Positions 43,906-57,199 of a stretch of 64,000 bases of DNA are shown in pieces. A model generated the notes under the pieces. It saw only the letters and a list, made by a program, of their open reading frames with translations. It had not been told where the DNA came from and searched no databases. Both the position numbers and the translations under genes were made by a program. Each line of letters opens with the position of its first letter. Positions within the stretch are counted from its first letter, which is position 1. This DNA comes from Eremomyces bilateralis CBS 781.70 (taxonomy: Eukaryota), in NCBI GenBank assembly GCA_010015585.1, contig ML975151.1; one strand, written 5' to 3'.

Positions 43906-45914
43906 ATGGATGGTTCGGAGAGGCGGTCGTTCCGCCCCACGGTATCCCACAAGGTATGTGATGTGATATGCCTATCATTTCTAGCACCGCTGGTGGAGCC
44001 ATCGAATCCACATGGACGGCTAGAACCGCTCCTCCTCCCATTCATGATGCTGGATTGCAGCTGACATATGACGATGTTCCAGAGGCCACGCACGGAGAAT
44101 TACTCCTCTCCGTTTAGCGATTATCGGGATAATAATGATGAAGCGGAGTCAAACGGCGGACCTCCGCTGTCTTCACCGCCCCAGCGCTCCTACGGGTATC
44201 CGTATATGGGTTTCGATCTCCCAACCACCCCCGTCCGCCACCGACCGTCCAGCCCGAGTAACGAGCACACATCGGAAGAGGAAGGAAGCGACATGTCGGA
44301 CGACACCCTCATGAGCGACTTCAGTTTACATGAGGAAGGCCTGGGCACAATAGAGAACGCCTCCGACACCGAACACTGGCCGTGGAGCGATCCGCTCAAC
44401 GAGGACTTCGCATTTCTGGATCCCGAAGTAGAAGACGAAATCGAAAATATGCGCAGACAAGGAGACCCTCTCGCATATGCATTGGCTCTGGATCGAGCAA
44501 ACGAACACGAGCAAGCACCACCGATCATTGACCTCACTTCCGACAACGACCGGGGAAACGCAATGCAGCGGAATAGAAATCAACTCGGTCAATCCTCCTC
44601 CTCTCCGCTCACTACCACCAACAACGACAGGAACACCAGAAATATTATCACCATGGGTTCCCACCAGCAGGACGGTTCTCGCAATCCGTTCGATCCGCCA
44701 CATCACTCCAACAATAGCAACACAAGCGCCGCCGGCGAGGAATACGTGCTCCCCAGCAGTTCTAACCGTCCGCTTGATACTCTAGGCTTCAGACCGACGG
44801 CGGCCTTCGAAGCACGTACTAACCACACCTCCTACAACCCCGTGACGGGGGAGACGATGCATTATTCAGCTCAACCAAGCGGACCGTCGAACCCTCCCAC
44901 ACAGGAGAGGTGGTTTTCGCACCCAGGCCGTCCGAACACATCCATGCAGGAGATTGCCGGGCCTTCGTCTTCGGAAGGCCGACCTTTTATCCCGCCGGTG
45001 GACCTCACTCGATCCTCTCCCCTTTTCACACCCGGCACCAACTTCGCCGAACTGGCGAGAAACAATAGACACGGCGGCAGGAGGCCCGACTCTGACCAGA
45101 CCGCACCTGAGCGACGTTTCGCCCGCGGACCCACGTACACCCTCGGTTCCGACAACATCGTCGATCTGACCGACGACATCACCGAGCACCAAGCCACCGC
45201 CGGCGCCTCCACCAACCATCACGCCCACCCCGCCTCTAGCCCCGAAGTCCAATTCATCGCCCAACGCCACCGCGTCCCTCCCCCACCCCACCACCGCACC
45301 GCCATGACCGACCCCGAAATCTCGCTCGAAATGGAAATCATCCGCTCTACTGGCCCTGGCCCCATACGGGCGGAAGCCGTACACACCCGCGACCCCCGCA
45401 ACAATAGCGTCATGGCAGTCTTCCGGCCGATGTTCGGGTCGCTCGTGTCCCGCCATCTGCCGGACGCGTTCGAGGCGCCGGATCTGAACTTCGCGACCGT
45501 GGGGTTCGATTTGCGGGGCGAGGGGCGGCAGCGGGAGGCGACGGCGAGCCCAGGGTATGCAGCGCCGGGGCCAGCACCGGAGGGGTTTACGAGGTCGCCG
45601 GAGGAGGGGGAGGAGTTGGTGTGTCCGAATTGTGGGAAGGAGTTGTGTGCGGGGGTGGAGGGGGATCGGAAGCAGGTGTGGGTGGTGAAGGGTTGTGGAC
45701 ATGTAAGTTCGGAGCGTTATTGGTTACTTGACGACAGGTGACTGACGTGTTATAGGTGTACTGCGGGCTATGTGCAAAGTCGAGAAGCAAGTCTGGTCGC
45801 GGGAAGGGGAAGAAGAACGCTGCGGGGTTACCGCCACCGTTTAAGAGCTGCGTAGTCGAGGGATGTGGGAAACAGTGCTCAAACAAGACGCAGATGGTGC
45901 AGCTTTTCCTCTAA
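43906..45914 (+). CDS. SIM-rich protein with C-terminal RING-like finger; SUMO-targeted ubiquitin ligase subunit-like (Rfp1/Slx5 type)
   Basis: SIM-like motifs IIDLTSD, VDLT, IVDLTDD and EVQFI. Spliced RING CPNC...WVVKGCGH/VYCGLC...CVVEGC. Probable short first exon at 43906-43953. Confidence 0.7.
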
Positions 45915-46601
45915 TGTCACTCTGAGACGTTTCAGTCGTTCTTTATTGACTACATCTGTGGGAGGCGAGAGAGCTTTCATCACTGAATGGACGGAGGGGA
46001 GACACGCGTTGATCGAGCCTAATTCTGTCTCGGATTCATGGGTTTTCTTTACGAATGGGCTTAATGACATCGATTGCATGGGCGGAGTTAAGGATTCCAA
46101 GGAGGGGGTCAATTCGAATTCGAAGGTCATCTCTCCGTGGCGGCGATGATATCAGCGATGGCGGCGCAAGTTATGATCGTAATGGGTATATCCGCTCACA
46201 CTGCGCCTTCTGGCAGATACGCAATCAACAATACAAGCGAATCCGAAAGCAGACTGCTGTCACAAGTTCCACTATGTAGTCGAATGCGTATGGTAGGATG
46301 AATGAACGCACTAGGTTCGGTCCCTTGTAGAGCGAAGTAAGGAGGATGACGGATTTTTTGGTGCCGTTGCTCTCATCTTTAAACAAATCACGTAAGAATA
46401 TTTTCAGTTCGTTGTAATAATAATTTGAGTGTTACGATGGAGCCCCATTTTAGATAATGTTAGCTTAGTGTTGATCGATGATGATGATGCACTGCGGAAC
46501 CTCACATATCTCAGCCTCGGATATCAGCAGCTATTAAGGTAAACTCCATAATACGCGGCTTCCAACCCTACAGTAGAGGTATCATTTTCAGCCTGCCGAT
46601 C

Positions 46602-47999
46602 ATGGCCGCCTTCAAGCTCCCAATAATCGATCTCACCTCCCCCGACAGCGCCCACGACATCGTCGCCGCCGCCCGCGAATATGGATTCTTCTTCGTCCGC
46701 AACACGTCCAGCTCCGCCGACGACCTGGCGCAGGGCGACATCGATCAGATTTTCAACATCGTAAGCGAGGGATAGGAGGCATGAATTATATCATAGACAT
46801 CGCTAACGGGTTTCGGAATAGTCGAAGGGGTTTTTTCAGCTACCGGTAGAGCGAAAGGAGGAGGTGGCGATTAATTCGATTGAGTCGGGGAGTAATCGGG
46901 GTTGGTTGGCGATGGAGCGGGAGACGTTGGATCCTCAGCATCAGAAAGTACGCAATGGTGATGATATGCATGTTTACGTGACGTCTATTTTGCTGCGGTT
47001 TACAGCCTTCGAGTCAATTTCTCTGTTCTTTCCTTTTCTCGAAACGGTTTGAAGGCCGCGGATATAAACAGTGCAGTAAGACTGACCAGCTTACTAGCGA
47101 GGTGATTTGAAAGAAGCGTTCAATATCAGCGAGTATCGATCTGGACACGCCAATCAACCCCTGGGTCCGCTGTCCCCGCACGAAGCGTACGTGGGCGAGT
47201 TCGCCTCGAAATGCCACGGACTCTGCCGCCGGATTCTCGAACTCTTCGCCATCGGCCTCCAGGTATTTCTTTACTCCGCCCACCATCAGATCGAATCACT
47301 AACCCCCCACAGATCCCCACCTCCTCCGGCGGCCCCTCCTACTTCCTCCCCCCCCACGATCCCACCACCGGCCCCTCCGGCTCCATCCTCCGCCTCCTCT
47401 ACTACCCTCCTCTCTCCGCTGCCCCCTCCAACCCCCCCGCCACCGACGACGTCCGCGCCGGCGCCCACTCCGACTATGGCAGCCTCACCCTCCTCTTCCA
47501 ACGGCCCGGCGAATCTGGCCTGGAGATCCAGCTGAAAGACGGCAGCTGGATGCCCGTGCCGAGCGATCCGCTGGGCTTGACGAGCGGCAACCCCTCGTCC
47601 AACCTGTCAACTGTCATCAGCCCGTCGCAGCGGCCCGAGGGGAACGACGGCGAGGATTCCGCCGCGCACGGGAGCTCGCCCGGCTGCAACGCAATCCTGA
47701 TCAACGTCGGCGACCTGCTGTCGTTCTGGACGAACGGGCTGCTGCGGAGCGCGGTGCACCGCGTCGTGCTGCCTGCGGAGGCGTCGCACGATCGGTACAG
47801 CATTGCGTATTTCTGTCATCCGGTGGACAGCGCGGAGTTGCGGGCCGTGCCAAGTGAGTTAGTGGGGGAGTATCGCGGGGATGAGAGGGATCGGCAGGGA
47901 TTTGCGGAACGAGTGGGGGAGAAGGCGGTGACGGCGAAGGAGCATTTGGAGAGGCGGCTGAGGGAGACGTATGGGAGTGGGAAAGAGGAGGGGAAGTAG
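46602..47999 (+). CDS. 2-oxoglutarate/Fe(II)-dependent dioxygenase (IPNS/DIOX family); four exons
   Basis: Motifs LPIIDL, YGFFFV, NRGW, GAHSDYGSLTLLFQ (HxD), INVGDLL, SAVHRV (distal His) and RYSIAYF (RxS). Confidence 0.92.
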
Positions 48000-48637
48000 T
48001 CCGGAGAGATTAGAGGAGAAGAGGGCGTAGAGGGGTGAAACGATAGGAGACGATGGGGCGGATTATATAAACGGCATCACTACATGAAGAGGGGCACCGA
48101 ATTAAGTAAGAAGTGGATTTTCTACCATGCGCCGCGGAATTTTCGAAATACAGAAGTAAGGTGAACCGGGAAAGTTGAGCCTCTTTGCAGAGGCGGCGGA
48201 ATCCCAGTCCTTTATTGTCCCAGTGTTTGCTCCATCCGATAATGCGCCACGATGAAGTTGCAGTGATGGATCGAGGAAACAAGGATGTATGCAGGATAAA
48301 GGAATTTTCACGGGGAGTCAAGGTTGCGACAGAACAGGCAAATCGATCGATCCCATGAAACGAACCAAATGCACCTCCGATTCTTGTTACAGAGGCGGCG
48401 TGAGAGAGAGAAAGGAAAAAGCTTTCGATGAGAGCATACATAGACGGGGGTTCCGCACGGGGGATAGAAAAGAAAGCAGGCTTTGTTCGAGTTCCTTCCC
48501 AATTGATGCTCCCACTTTTAGGTTCGACAGTCGTAATGCGGTTTGACGTGCCGAAGATCCACGCGATCATGGATCATGCCCGATCGTTCCATATCATTCG
48601 ATGGAAGAATGGAATAGGACATCTTGAATGCATATCA

Positions 48638-50758
48638 TCATGCCTGCCCCCTTCCTGTATTGCGTTTCCCGCCCCTCTTCCCAGACTGCACGGTACTCCA
48701 TCCATCATCTTCCGGTGCAGCGTCTGCCTCCGCGGTTGGCTCTGCCTTAGCCTCAGCTGCAGCCGCTGGTGCCGTCTGTGGCGGCCCCGTGGGCTTCCTC
48801 CACGAATCATTCCGCTTCGTAGCCGGGTATGGCCTACCGCCACGACCACCACGCGGCCTCTCATTGCCTTCACGGCCCTCACGAGGACGAGCTGCTGCAG
48901 CGGTTTCCCCGTTAGCAGGTGCCTCGGTCGCATCTTCTTTACGGTCTTTGCCATCTTCGCCCTTGTCCGTGCTCTCGCGCCTTAGGATCTCATAGCTCTT
49001 TCCGGCGGGACGGTCTTCGCCGTTCGCTTTCCCATCCTCGGCTGCAGGCTTGCCGTTCGCTTGCGGTGCCGTGGCAGCAGCTTGGGCCGGCTTCTCCTTC
49101 TCGGCGGCCGCTTTCTCGGCTTTCTCAACGGCCGCTTTCTCGGCGGCAGCTTTTGCGGCAACCTCCTTGGCCTTCTTATCTTCGCGGGCTTTCTCATCCG
49201 CCTCGCGTTTCTGTCGGATAGCAAGTTGTCGCTTCTCTTCGACTTCACGCTCGCGCGCTGCGGTATCGATGGGTCGGGCGGCACCGAAGGGGCTGGCTTT
49301 GGCGTCGGATGCAGCGGCAGCGGACGGACCGGAGTCCGTATCGGAGACGGTACGCTTCTGGAGGTTCAGCTTCGGGCGACCAACAGGTGCGGGAGGAGCA
49401 GCGGGGGAGGTGGGCGTGCTGGCTTCGGGAGTGGGGATGGGGGATTTGGCAGGTGCGTCAGGGCGCATTCGGTCGCGCCAAGCGGAGTCAAGTTCGGCCG
49501 CAGTCGGGGCTCGCTCCGCCTGCTCGCGGAATTCGCCTCGTGGAGGTCTTGAGCCGTCTTGGGAACGTCCCTCGCCCCATGCTGGAGCTGGAGACAGGTT
49601 GCGTTCACGGGGCGGTCCTTCGCGAGTACGTCCACCTTCTCGGGCGGGAGGACCGGCAGGGGACATGGGGCCTTTACGCTCCCAGTTGTTGAAGTCTCGG
49701 ACTTTTCCATCATCAGGTCTGAAAGCACGTCTTCCACCAGCGTCACTTCCGGCATCCGATGCAGCATCGAATCCTCGGAAACCGCCTTTATCGGAGGTAC
49801 GACGATTCTGATTGGGAAGATCAGGCAGAGGTCCCTTTCGTGACCAGTCACCGAAATCCCGGTTGCTCTCGAGACGATCCTTTTCTGTTCCAATTAGTAT
49901 ACTGATATTGTTTGTCAGTGGACATACATACGTGGTTCGGCAATGCTAATCTTGATGTTCCGGCCTTGGAATTGGGTTCCGTTGAGATCCAATGCTTTCT
50001 TCAGTCCATCCAGCGTTGCAAATTCAACATAGCCAAATCCTTTGGGCTTATGGTCGAGTTTATCCTCGACAATGCGGACGCTCGTGGGTTGGCATCCAGT
50101 GAAGAAACCGTCAATCTCGGTCTCAGTCGCATCATAGGACAGGTTTCCTAGATGTACGGTGAAGGGCGGTTTGGTGGGGAGAGGGAGTAGCTCGCGGGGG
50201 ACAAAGGGACGGTCGGTGCCTGACATAAGCATTAGCTACATTCTCAACTTCACGGGTTGTGACATTAGAAATGAGGTTGCCTACCGAAACCACGATCGCC
50301 ACCACCGAATCCGGGCTGAGAGCTGAAAGTCCTCCTTTCCGAGCTATATCCTCGACCATCGGCTTCTCAACAGTTAGTCCTGTTCGCAGCGATACATCGG
50401 CTGGTGGAAAATTATATTTACCGGCTAATACATGTTAGAATGACGAAACCTCAAGGTCTTGATATTCCGGACTTACAAGGCATTGGACTATCCTCCATTT
50501 CATCGGCCCATGATCCAAGGGCTGCAAAACATCGTTAGTTATACCCGGCGATAATTTAAGGCTCAATTCGTACTTTGGTCGCCCAGGAAGTCGCCGAGCG
50601 ACATCTTCTGGGTTTTGGACTTTGGGGGCGCTATATCATGGCAGAACCGTCAGCGATATGTCTCCTAATATCATATGCGCTCTAAGAAGGGCACAACGAG
50701 GGTATTGAGAGATATGCGCCATCTTCAAGGCAGCATAGGGGCACGGCCACTCACCCAT
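48638..50758 (-). CDS. TIF3: Translation initiation factor eIF4B (Tif3/Sce3); many small 5' exons
   Basis: Motifs KMSLGDFL, GSWADE, RRM PPFTVHLGNLSYD...KGFGYVEF, WSRKGPLPDLP, RPKLNLQKRT, SPFGAARPIDT and DDGWSTV. Confidence 0.9.
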
Positions 50759-51300
50759 GATTGCGGCAAACAGACTGCGCGCTGCTCCTGGGCGTACGCG
50801 CGGAGTGTGGGAAGAAGAAGAGGCTCGTTGAACCTCGATGGTCGATAACGGGAAAGCGGTTTGATGAGCGAACAGAATTAAGCCGCAGCAGAATGATTAT
50901 AGAAGGGCAGGCTGCGATGCCTGAAGACGAAATGCCGTGAAGTTGAAGTCTGGTGGATTGGGCGAAAAATTGGGCGGGCGATGCCAAGCCATTTCCGAGG
51001 GAAAGTGTGGACCGGTGCTCCTTCCTCGATTGGACGCCAGACTAGGTGTGGCTGTGCATTATGTGTATCATAGTAAAAAACACTGTCGTCGTGTCAGGAG
51101 AACTGATTACTGAGACGCTTGGGTATCAGATCTTATCTCCTTTATCTCACATTCTTCTTTGATTTGCCGCGCGAGGCGTTCATGGGGTTGGTCCATCGCT
51201 TTTTATACATGTGCGCCAGTGCAATACGAGAACATCGCGAGTGGTTGCAAGACACGTCCAGCCTAAATGGGTAGAGGGCATCGCACCGGTACATATAAAA

Positions 51301-52174
51301 ATGGGCGACCATCACAATGAGGACGACAAGACTCTTCCTCAAGTCGGGATTAATCCTACAATTAAATCAATAGCGGCCTTTGGCGCTTGTGCAGGTGAGT
51401 TCTGTGTTTTTTTTACCTACAACCAAAACCAACCCCTATATATCCGCCCGCTCGTCTCATACAACTGGCTGTTCCATATCCTTTATCCTGTCTAATCTAC
51501 TCCCTTTGTCTACAGGACTCTAGCTCATAATATTTCAGGTGTATTTGGGGGTCTGACTGCTGGAACCGTTGGCGTTCTACGAGGCATTCCACACCCAGGT
51601 TTACGAGTCATAGCAGGCGGATTGAGCTACTTCTTTTGGGGAAGCACTCTCTGGACTCTTCGGTCTGCGGGCCTTGCGGCATCTAGCACGCTGCGCGGGC
51701 CTGAAAACGTCACTTCTACTGATCGTGTACTCTGGACTACCGTTGCGGCTGGTATCTCCGGTGGCTGCTCCGGTCTGATGCAAGAGCGGTTCGGTAAGCA
51801 TGAGAGGAAAACCGTGGGGAAAACACAGGCTAATTATATTCTCAGGAGGTCAAAAGGGTACTTTAAGGCCAACTATCTTCCTTTGGACCATCGCGGCTTT
51901 GGGTGGCCAAAGTATGGTCGAATTCCTAGACTCGAGGCATCAACAGCGATTACTTGATGAAGAACTGGATCCGCGTCTGAGACTGCCCATGCTGCATCGC
52001 CTCGCTGCATCCAAATGGAGTCCATTCAAACTGCTGTCCAACGAGGAATATGAACAGCATCTCGAAGAACGAATACTAGTGTTTGACACCGAAATTGCTC
52101 TTATCGACGATCAGATCGCGCAACTCAAGCTCGCTTTGTCAGCCGAGGAGTCATCAGAGAATCAAAGGTCATGA
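51301..52174 (+). CDS. Conserved uncharacterised fungal membrane protein (Gly-rich TM segments, possibly Tim17-like)
   Basis: Three exons with GxxxG-rich hydrophobic segments. The C-terminus reads SKWSPFKLLSNEEYEQHLEERIL..EIALIDDQI. Confidence 0.7.
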
Positions 52175-52930
52175 AACTATAAAGACCTATCCTCGAAGAA
52201 ACAGCTTCCATCTTCATGGTCAGACTGTGCGAAACTCAGCTGCCCGATACAGATCTCCGGATTGCCAGAAGAAACATCTGTGCAACGTCTCGGTCCGAGC
52301 TTGAATCGCGATATTGGTCCAATATAGACCCTTGCCTTCCCTGCATGCGATCAATATTGGCCACCTAATAGAATAGAGGTTCCGGAATCTCGTTCGTGGA
52401 ATTGAGCAATTGAGCAATTGCACTGCCATCAAGGAAGCTCCAGGATGTCACATGCGGTTACAAAACTTCCTGCCTGTCATCAAAGATCCAAGCATGCACG
52501 AATCGACAACACCTCTCAACTCGGAGATATTCCATCACGAAGGATGCCGACGGTGGGACCTCGTGTAAGATATTTCTAATTTTGGCCCCATGTAATATAG
52601 TGTGCATATTCGTGTTCATTTTCTATACTGCATCCGGCATGACTCGGACCTATTTTTCAGCGATTCTCCCCGTTCTGTACTTTCTGTACTCCCGTTATAT
52701 TGAACCTACATACCCATCTCGTACCACTTTCCGTTCGTCGAACTGCGGGGATTTATATGTAACTTCATTATGTTCGTCTGATGCCCGCTCGTTCATTTGT
52801 GTCTGATCTCCGTTGTCCTTTGGTTCAGTGCCTTTTGGAATGATTTAATAGTAGCAGTGCTTAATGTGAAAGACTAGTTTGCTATCAGTCTGAACAAGTA
52901 TATCCTGTCTTAATTGAATAAAGTGTCACG

Positions 52931-54078
52931 ATGAGGAGAACGATATTCCAGTCATTGATTCTTAGTGGCAGTGTGCTGCTCAAACGTGTTCTAGGTCAGA
53001 TTGCAAGATAACTGATTGCGATATAGATTCTGACATGTTCACAGCGGACTGTCCCCAAGGTCCCGGCTCAGAAGCTGCAGCATGTTGTTGGTCCTCCTGG
53101 CAAGAGTGGGATAGCTCATCTCGAAGCTATGAGACAGTCATCACCACCGTCCTGACGACCAAGCACGTCGGATCCATGATAGAGGACACCGATGTCCCCA
53201 TTACAACACTCTGTGACGGCATCCCACGAGCGTTGGAGCCCTATACAACCCGCTACACCACTTCCCTCGTCACCACGGACCCATATACAACCTACATATC
53301 CTCCACCTACACCGAACCAAGTCCGACATGCAATATCAACGAAGATGACTGCAAACCCTATGCCGACGCCTGGGACTCTGCCTACTCATCCTGGTCACAG
53401 AACAAATCCCTCCCCTATCCCACCAACAAACCCCACTGCGTCCCCTACCTCCCATGCCCCACCGAATCCCAATGCAAGATCTACGCCGGCGGCGACGCCA
53501 CCATTTACTACTGGCCCGTTACCGTAGCCGGCCCCGATGGCGGCCTCTGCGAATCCCCTCGCACCACCCTCAACCCCACCCCGACTGACCCCCCCGTCAC
53601 CACCGTCCTCTCTGGCACTACCTTCACCTCCCCCTCCATCTACGTCTCCCTTGCGCACGTCTCGGCCGCCAAGCACCGCGGCCAATACAACCAGACGCCC
53701 TGCGGTCACGCGCACCACGATGTGGTCCTCACGCTGCACCCGTCCGACGTGTCGACGCAGCGGGGAAAGCCCGGCGGACGGACCAACACGTTCGCGATCG
53801 ACCTGCGGGACCTGAACACGCCGGTGCCGTACTCCGCGTATCTGGGGCAGCCGAGCTGTCTGCACACGACGAATTGCCCGACGATCGGGATGGACGACTA
53901 TCATCCGCAGATGGCGAAGCCGACGCAGTTGACGGGCGTGGATCCGGATTTTGAGAAGTGTCAGCCGAGGAGTGAGAGGTTGGGTGCGACGTTGGTGCCG
54001 TTGGGAATGGCGACGCCAGCGGTGGCAGAGGCGAGGGAGACGGGGTTTGTGAGGGTGGTGAAGAGGGCTGGGGATTGA
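52931..54078 (+). CDS. Putative secreted Thr/Cys-rich protein; two exons
   Basis: Signal-like exon 1 (MRRTIFQSLILSGSVLLKRVL) and intron at about 52995-53044. Cys pairs, IYYWP and TFTSPSIYVS motifs, Thr/Pro-rich. Confidence 0.65.
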
Positions 54079-55776
54079 TTCTTGAGGGAAAAAGAGGATG
54101 TGGTCTTGGATGGAGGGGGAGGGGAACACAGCTGCCGGGGAAGGCGAAGGTATCTAATGTAATGACTCGTTGGCTAACAGCAATTCTGCACATAGTTACA
54201 GGCCACTAGATGGAAATCCAGCTGGTTTTATATCTAATGAAGTACTCGTCACCTACATCTACGGTACTTACGAACTGCAAGAATGGTCTCAACCCTGAAT
54301 GTCAAATGATTACCACTGCCACATTTCAATTACCTGCCGCGGAACCTCCTGGTGCCATTCCTTTCCAGCTCTAGATTACGTACCACGTTAATAGCTCTCC
54401 GATGATCCCATCCCAGCATCCATGTAGCCTCGTAGTGGCGAGGTCAACCAGGATCGTCCTCTTCATGGTCTTCTCGAATCATCTATAAAGTGCCCGACAT
54501 GTCTCCCCTCTTTTGGCTAGCCTAATGTAGACCTCAGTGCCTAGAGAGGATCTTCGGATGTCATTAAACGAGCCTTGGAACTAAGATTATAATGCGGAGA
54601 TATCAGGCAGGCTAATATAATAGGTTACTCGTTGCGTGGAGCACATGGAACCTCGCAATGATCTCGCTCTCGACTTGAGCGCCCAGACGGATTTCAATGC
54701 TTAACAAGACAGCAGTCACATCTTTTCCGAACTATTACCAGCGTTGTTTGGATCGAGTGAGGAAGTATTAATGCCTAAATTTCGGTTCCGTCACTACATT
54801 AGGAGCCATATCTTCAATGGTACTATGATCAGTCATTTGTGTCACTAAATCAAACTGACCAGTCCTATTTCTCCTAAAGATCTCGTCTGCCTAAAGAATA
54901 TTCTACTCGCTGTATACGTTATTGTTCCATGACGTATTCTTATCCCTTTCACGTCGGCTTCTAAAGCGTAATATAACTCGGGACCAGTCAGATAGGGCAT
55001 ACCCTCACCAAGCCTCGCCTCGCAACCTCCAAGCCCAATTAAGCTCCAACGATTTAATTTACAATGCTTAACTTTTCTTATTCTCCGATTTCCGTACTAT
55101 CCGGAATTTCGGATCCTGTCGCTCCATTTCAATGTGCCGTCCTCCTTCAGCACTGATTGGCCGGACGCCATGCTATATGACAAGCATATTAATTAACCAT
55201 AAACAACTCCCCGCAAATAGATGTCGAGTAGGGACGAAACAACAAAAGCAATCTGTGGAGAGGTAATATCGACGAAATGAACTGGTTAATCTATGGCTAA
55301 GAAATGCGTGGTCACGCTTATCACCGACAAGACTCGCGTTCGTATCTGTGCAGATTGTCTTGGGATGCTTAGCATTGCTTGGTTGCGTTCCCAAGGTGTT
55401 TCGTCTCTATACGCACGGACGCAGCGCCGATCTAACATGCTTTCCATGTGCTGAGTGCCGAATGATTAACTTGTAGTTAGGAACAAGGGGTGAGTGCGAG
55501 GTAAAGGGAGGAGATAGGATGGCCCCCTTCGCTAAATGGAGTGGCAGATGATCGAATAAATAAGTAGGCTCATATAAGTCGAGGGTGGGGATGAGGGATC
55601 TAATGTAACCTATCTACTCTCCGCCGAGTATCTTCTATTCGTAAGGAGGTCAGCGGATATATATCTGCTTCATACCACCCTCTCTTGCATCCCCTTCTTT
55701 CTCCTTCTCTTCTCCAACGCAGTTTATCGTTCATCCCACACCTGATTGTTATCCGTCACTCTTTTCATCCTTCATC

Positions 55777-57199
55777 ATGCGTTCCTTCTCTCTCCTTCTC
55801 ACCACCACCCGGCTGGTCGCCGCAGCGCCCCAACTTTTTGGTGGCAGCGGTCTTTCTGGCGGTCTTAGTAGCCTTTTCGGTGGTCTGGGTGGCTCGAGCG
55901 GCGGCCTCGGTAGCCTAGGCGGCTCGAGCGGTGGACTCGGGGGTCTCGGCGGCTCGAGCAGCAGCAGCAGCGGCGGCGGCGGCGGCGGCGATGATATGGC
56001 TGGCATGGACATGGGCTCCTCCGGCTCCTCCGGCGGGATGGATGGCATGGACATGGGCGGCTCCGGCTCCTCCGGCGCGGCCCCCACCACCGACGGACCG
56101 TTGCCTGAAGGCGCGTTCATCGAGAAGTCGCTAGAGACGACCAAGGTCCCCGGCACGCAGATCGTGGAGATGAAGTACGGGCCGTACTCGATCGGGCCGA
56201 TGGGGATGTTGGAGAATCGGATCGATGCGAACGTGAAGGTGCCGTGCACGAACTGCTTCATCACGGGGATCCAGGCGGATTTGTACGATGATTCGGGAAA
56301 GAGCGTGAATATCGATCAGGGGGCGTGGTTGCATCATATGGTGCTGAGTTTGATGGGGCTAGGGAATAAGGATTTGGTGTGTCCGGTTATGATCGGGACA
56401 CAGAGGATCTTCGCTAGTGGGAATGAGAGGACGCCGGTTAGGATCAATGGTGAGTGGGAGTGTGGTCGGAATGAGTGTGCAAAGAAGCTGACTTGGGAAT
56501 AGGCAAGTACAAGTATGGTATCAAGGTCGGTGCTGGCGATAGTATGATGCTGCTGTACGATCTTGTCAACGACTTGGACAAGAAACGGAACTACTATATC
56601 GTCATGGTACGTACCTAGAGACTTCATTCTTCCTCGACCCTCGAACGCTAACCGTTGGGATAGAAATACGAAACCACCACCGACCGTGAATATAAGGCGG
56701 TCTCGATGGCATGGCTCGACGTCACGGGCAATTGCGGCACCTCCTCCGTAAAGCCCCGCAATGGCCAGTACGACCTCCAGAACTCCGGATGGACATCCAG
56801 CGTCAGCGGTCGCCTTCTCAGCGCCACTGGCCACGTCCACGACGGAGGCAAGGTGGTGAAGCTGTATAAGAACGGCGAGGTCATTTGTACCAGCGATCAG
56901 ATCTACGGCCGGAGGGTTGGGTACACTGAGGGACAAGGTATGTTCCCTCAAGCCTTACATGCGATTTCCGGCAGCCTTCGGCAACAGTACAACTGACTGA
57001 CTTTGATAAAGATGCCATGAACCCAGGACTCACGCATATCAGCGACACTACCTCGTGTATCGATTTTGGCGATGTTAGATCGGGAGACAAATTGAAGATC
57101 GTGGCGACGTATGACACCGAAGCGCATGCGTTGAACAAGATGATGGATGGCGAGGAGCAGGAGATCATGGGTATTTCTCAGGTGTATATTGGTTCCTAG
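55777..57199 (+). CDS. Secreted protein with Gly/Ser linker, Met-rich motifs and a PHM/PNGase-F-like (copper monooxygenase-like) domain; four exons
   Basis: Signal peptide MRSFSLLLTTTRLVAA-APQ; MAGMDMG and MDGMDMG; PCTNC, WLHHMVL, IFASGNER, GHVHDGG, VICTS, HISD and IMGI. Introns at about 56450-56502, 56607-56663 and 56938-57011. Confidence 0.75.

Noticed and set aside
46990..47070. Hairpin (GCCTTCGA...TTGAAGGC) in the long intron of the 2OG oxygenase gene
   Set aside because: The stem is short and imperfect and matches no riboswitch or ncRNA motif I recognise.
46602..47999. Secondary-metabolite gene cluster around the 2OG-Fe(II) oxygenase
   Set aside because: The neighbours are housekeeping genes and there is no PKS, NRPS, terpene synthase or RiPP precursor in the window.
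55840..56080. Repeated Gly/Ser/Met peptide as a fungal RiPP (KEP/dikaritin) precursor
   Set aside because: There are no KR/KK cleavage sites between repeats and no DUF3328 neighbour; it reads as a linker before a globular domain.
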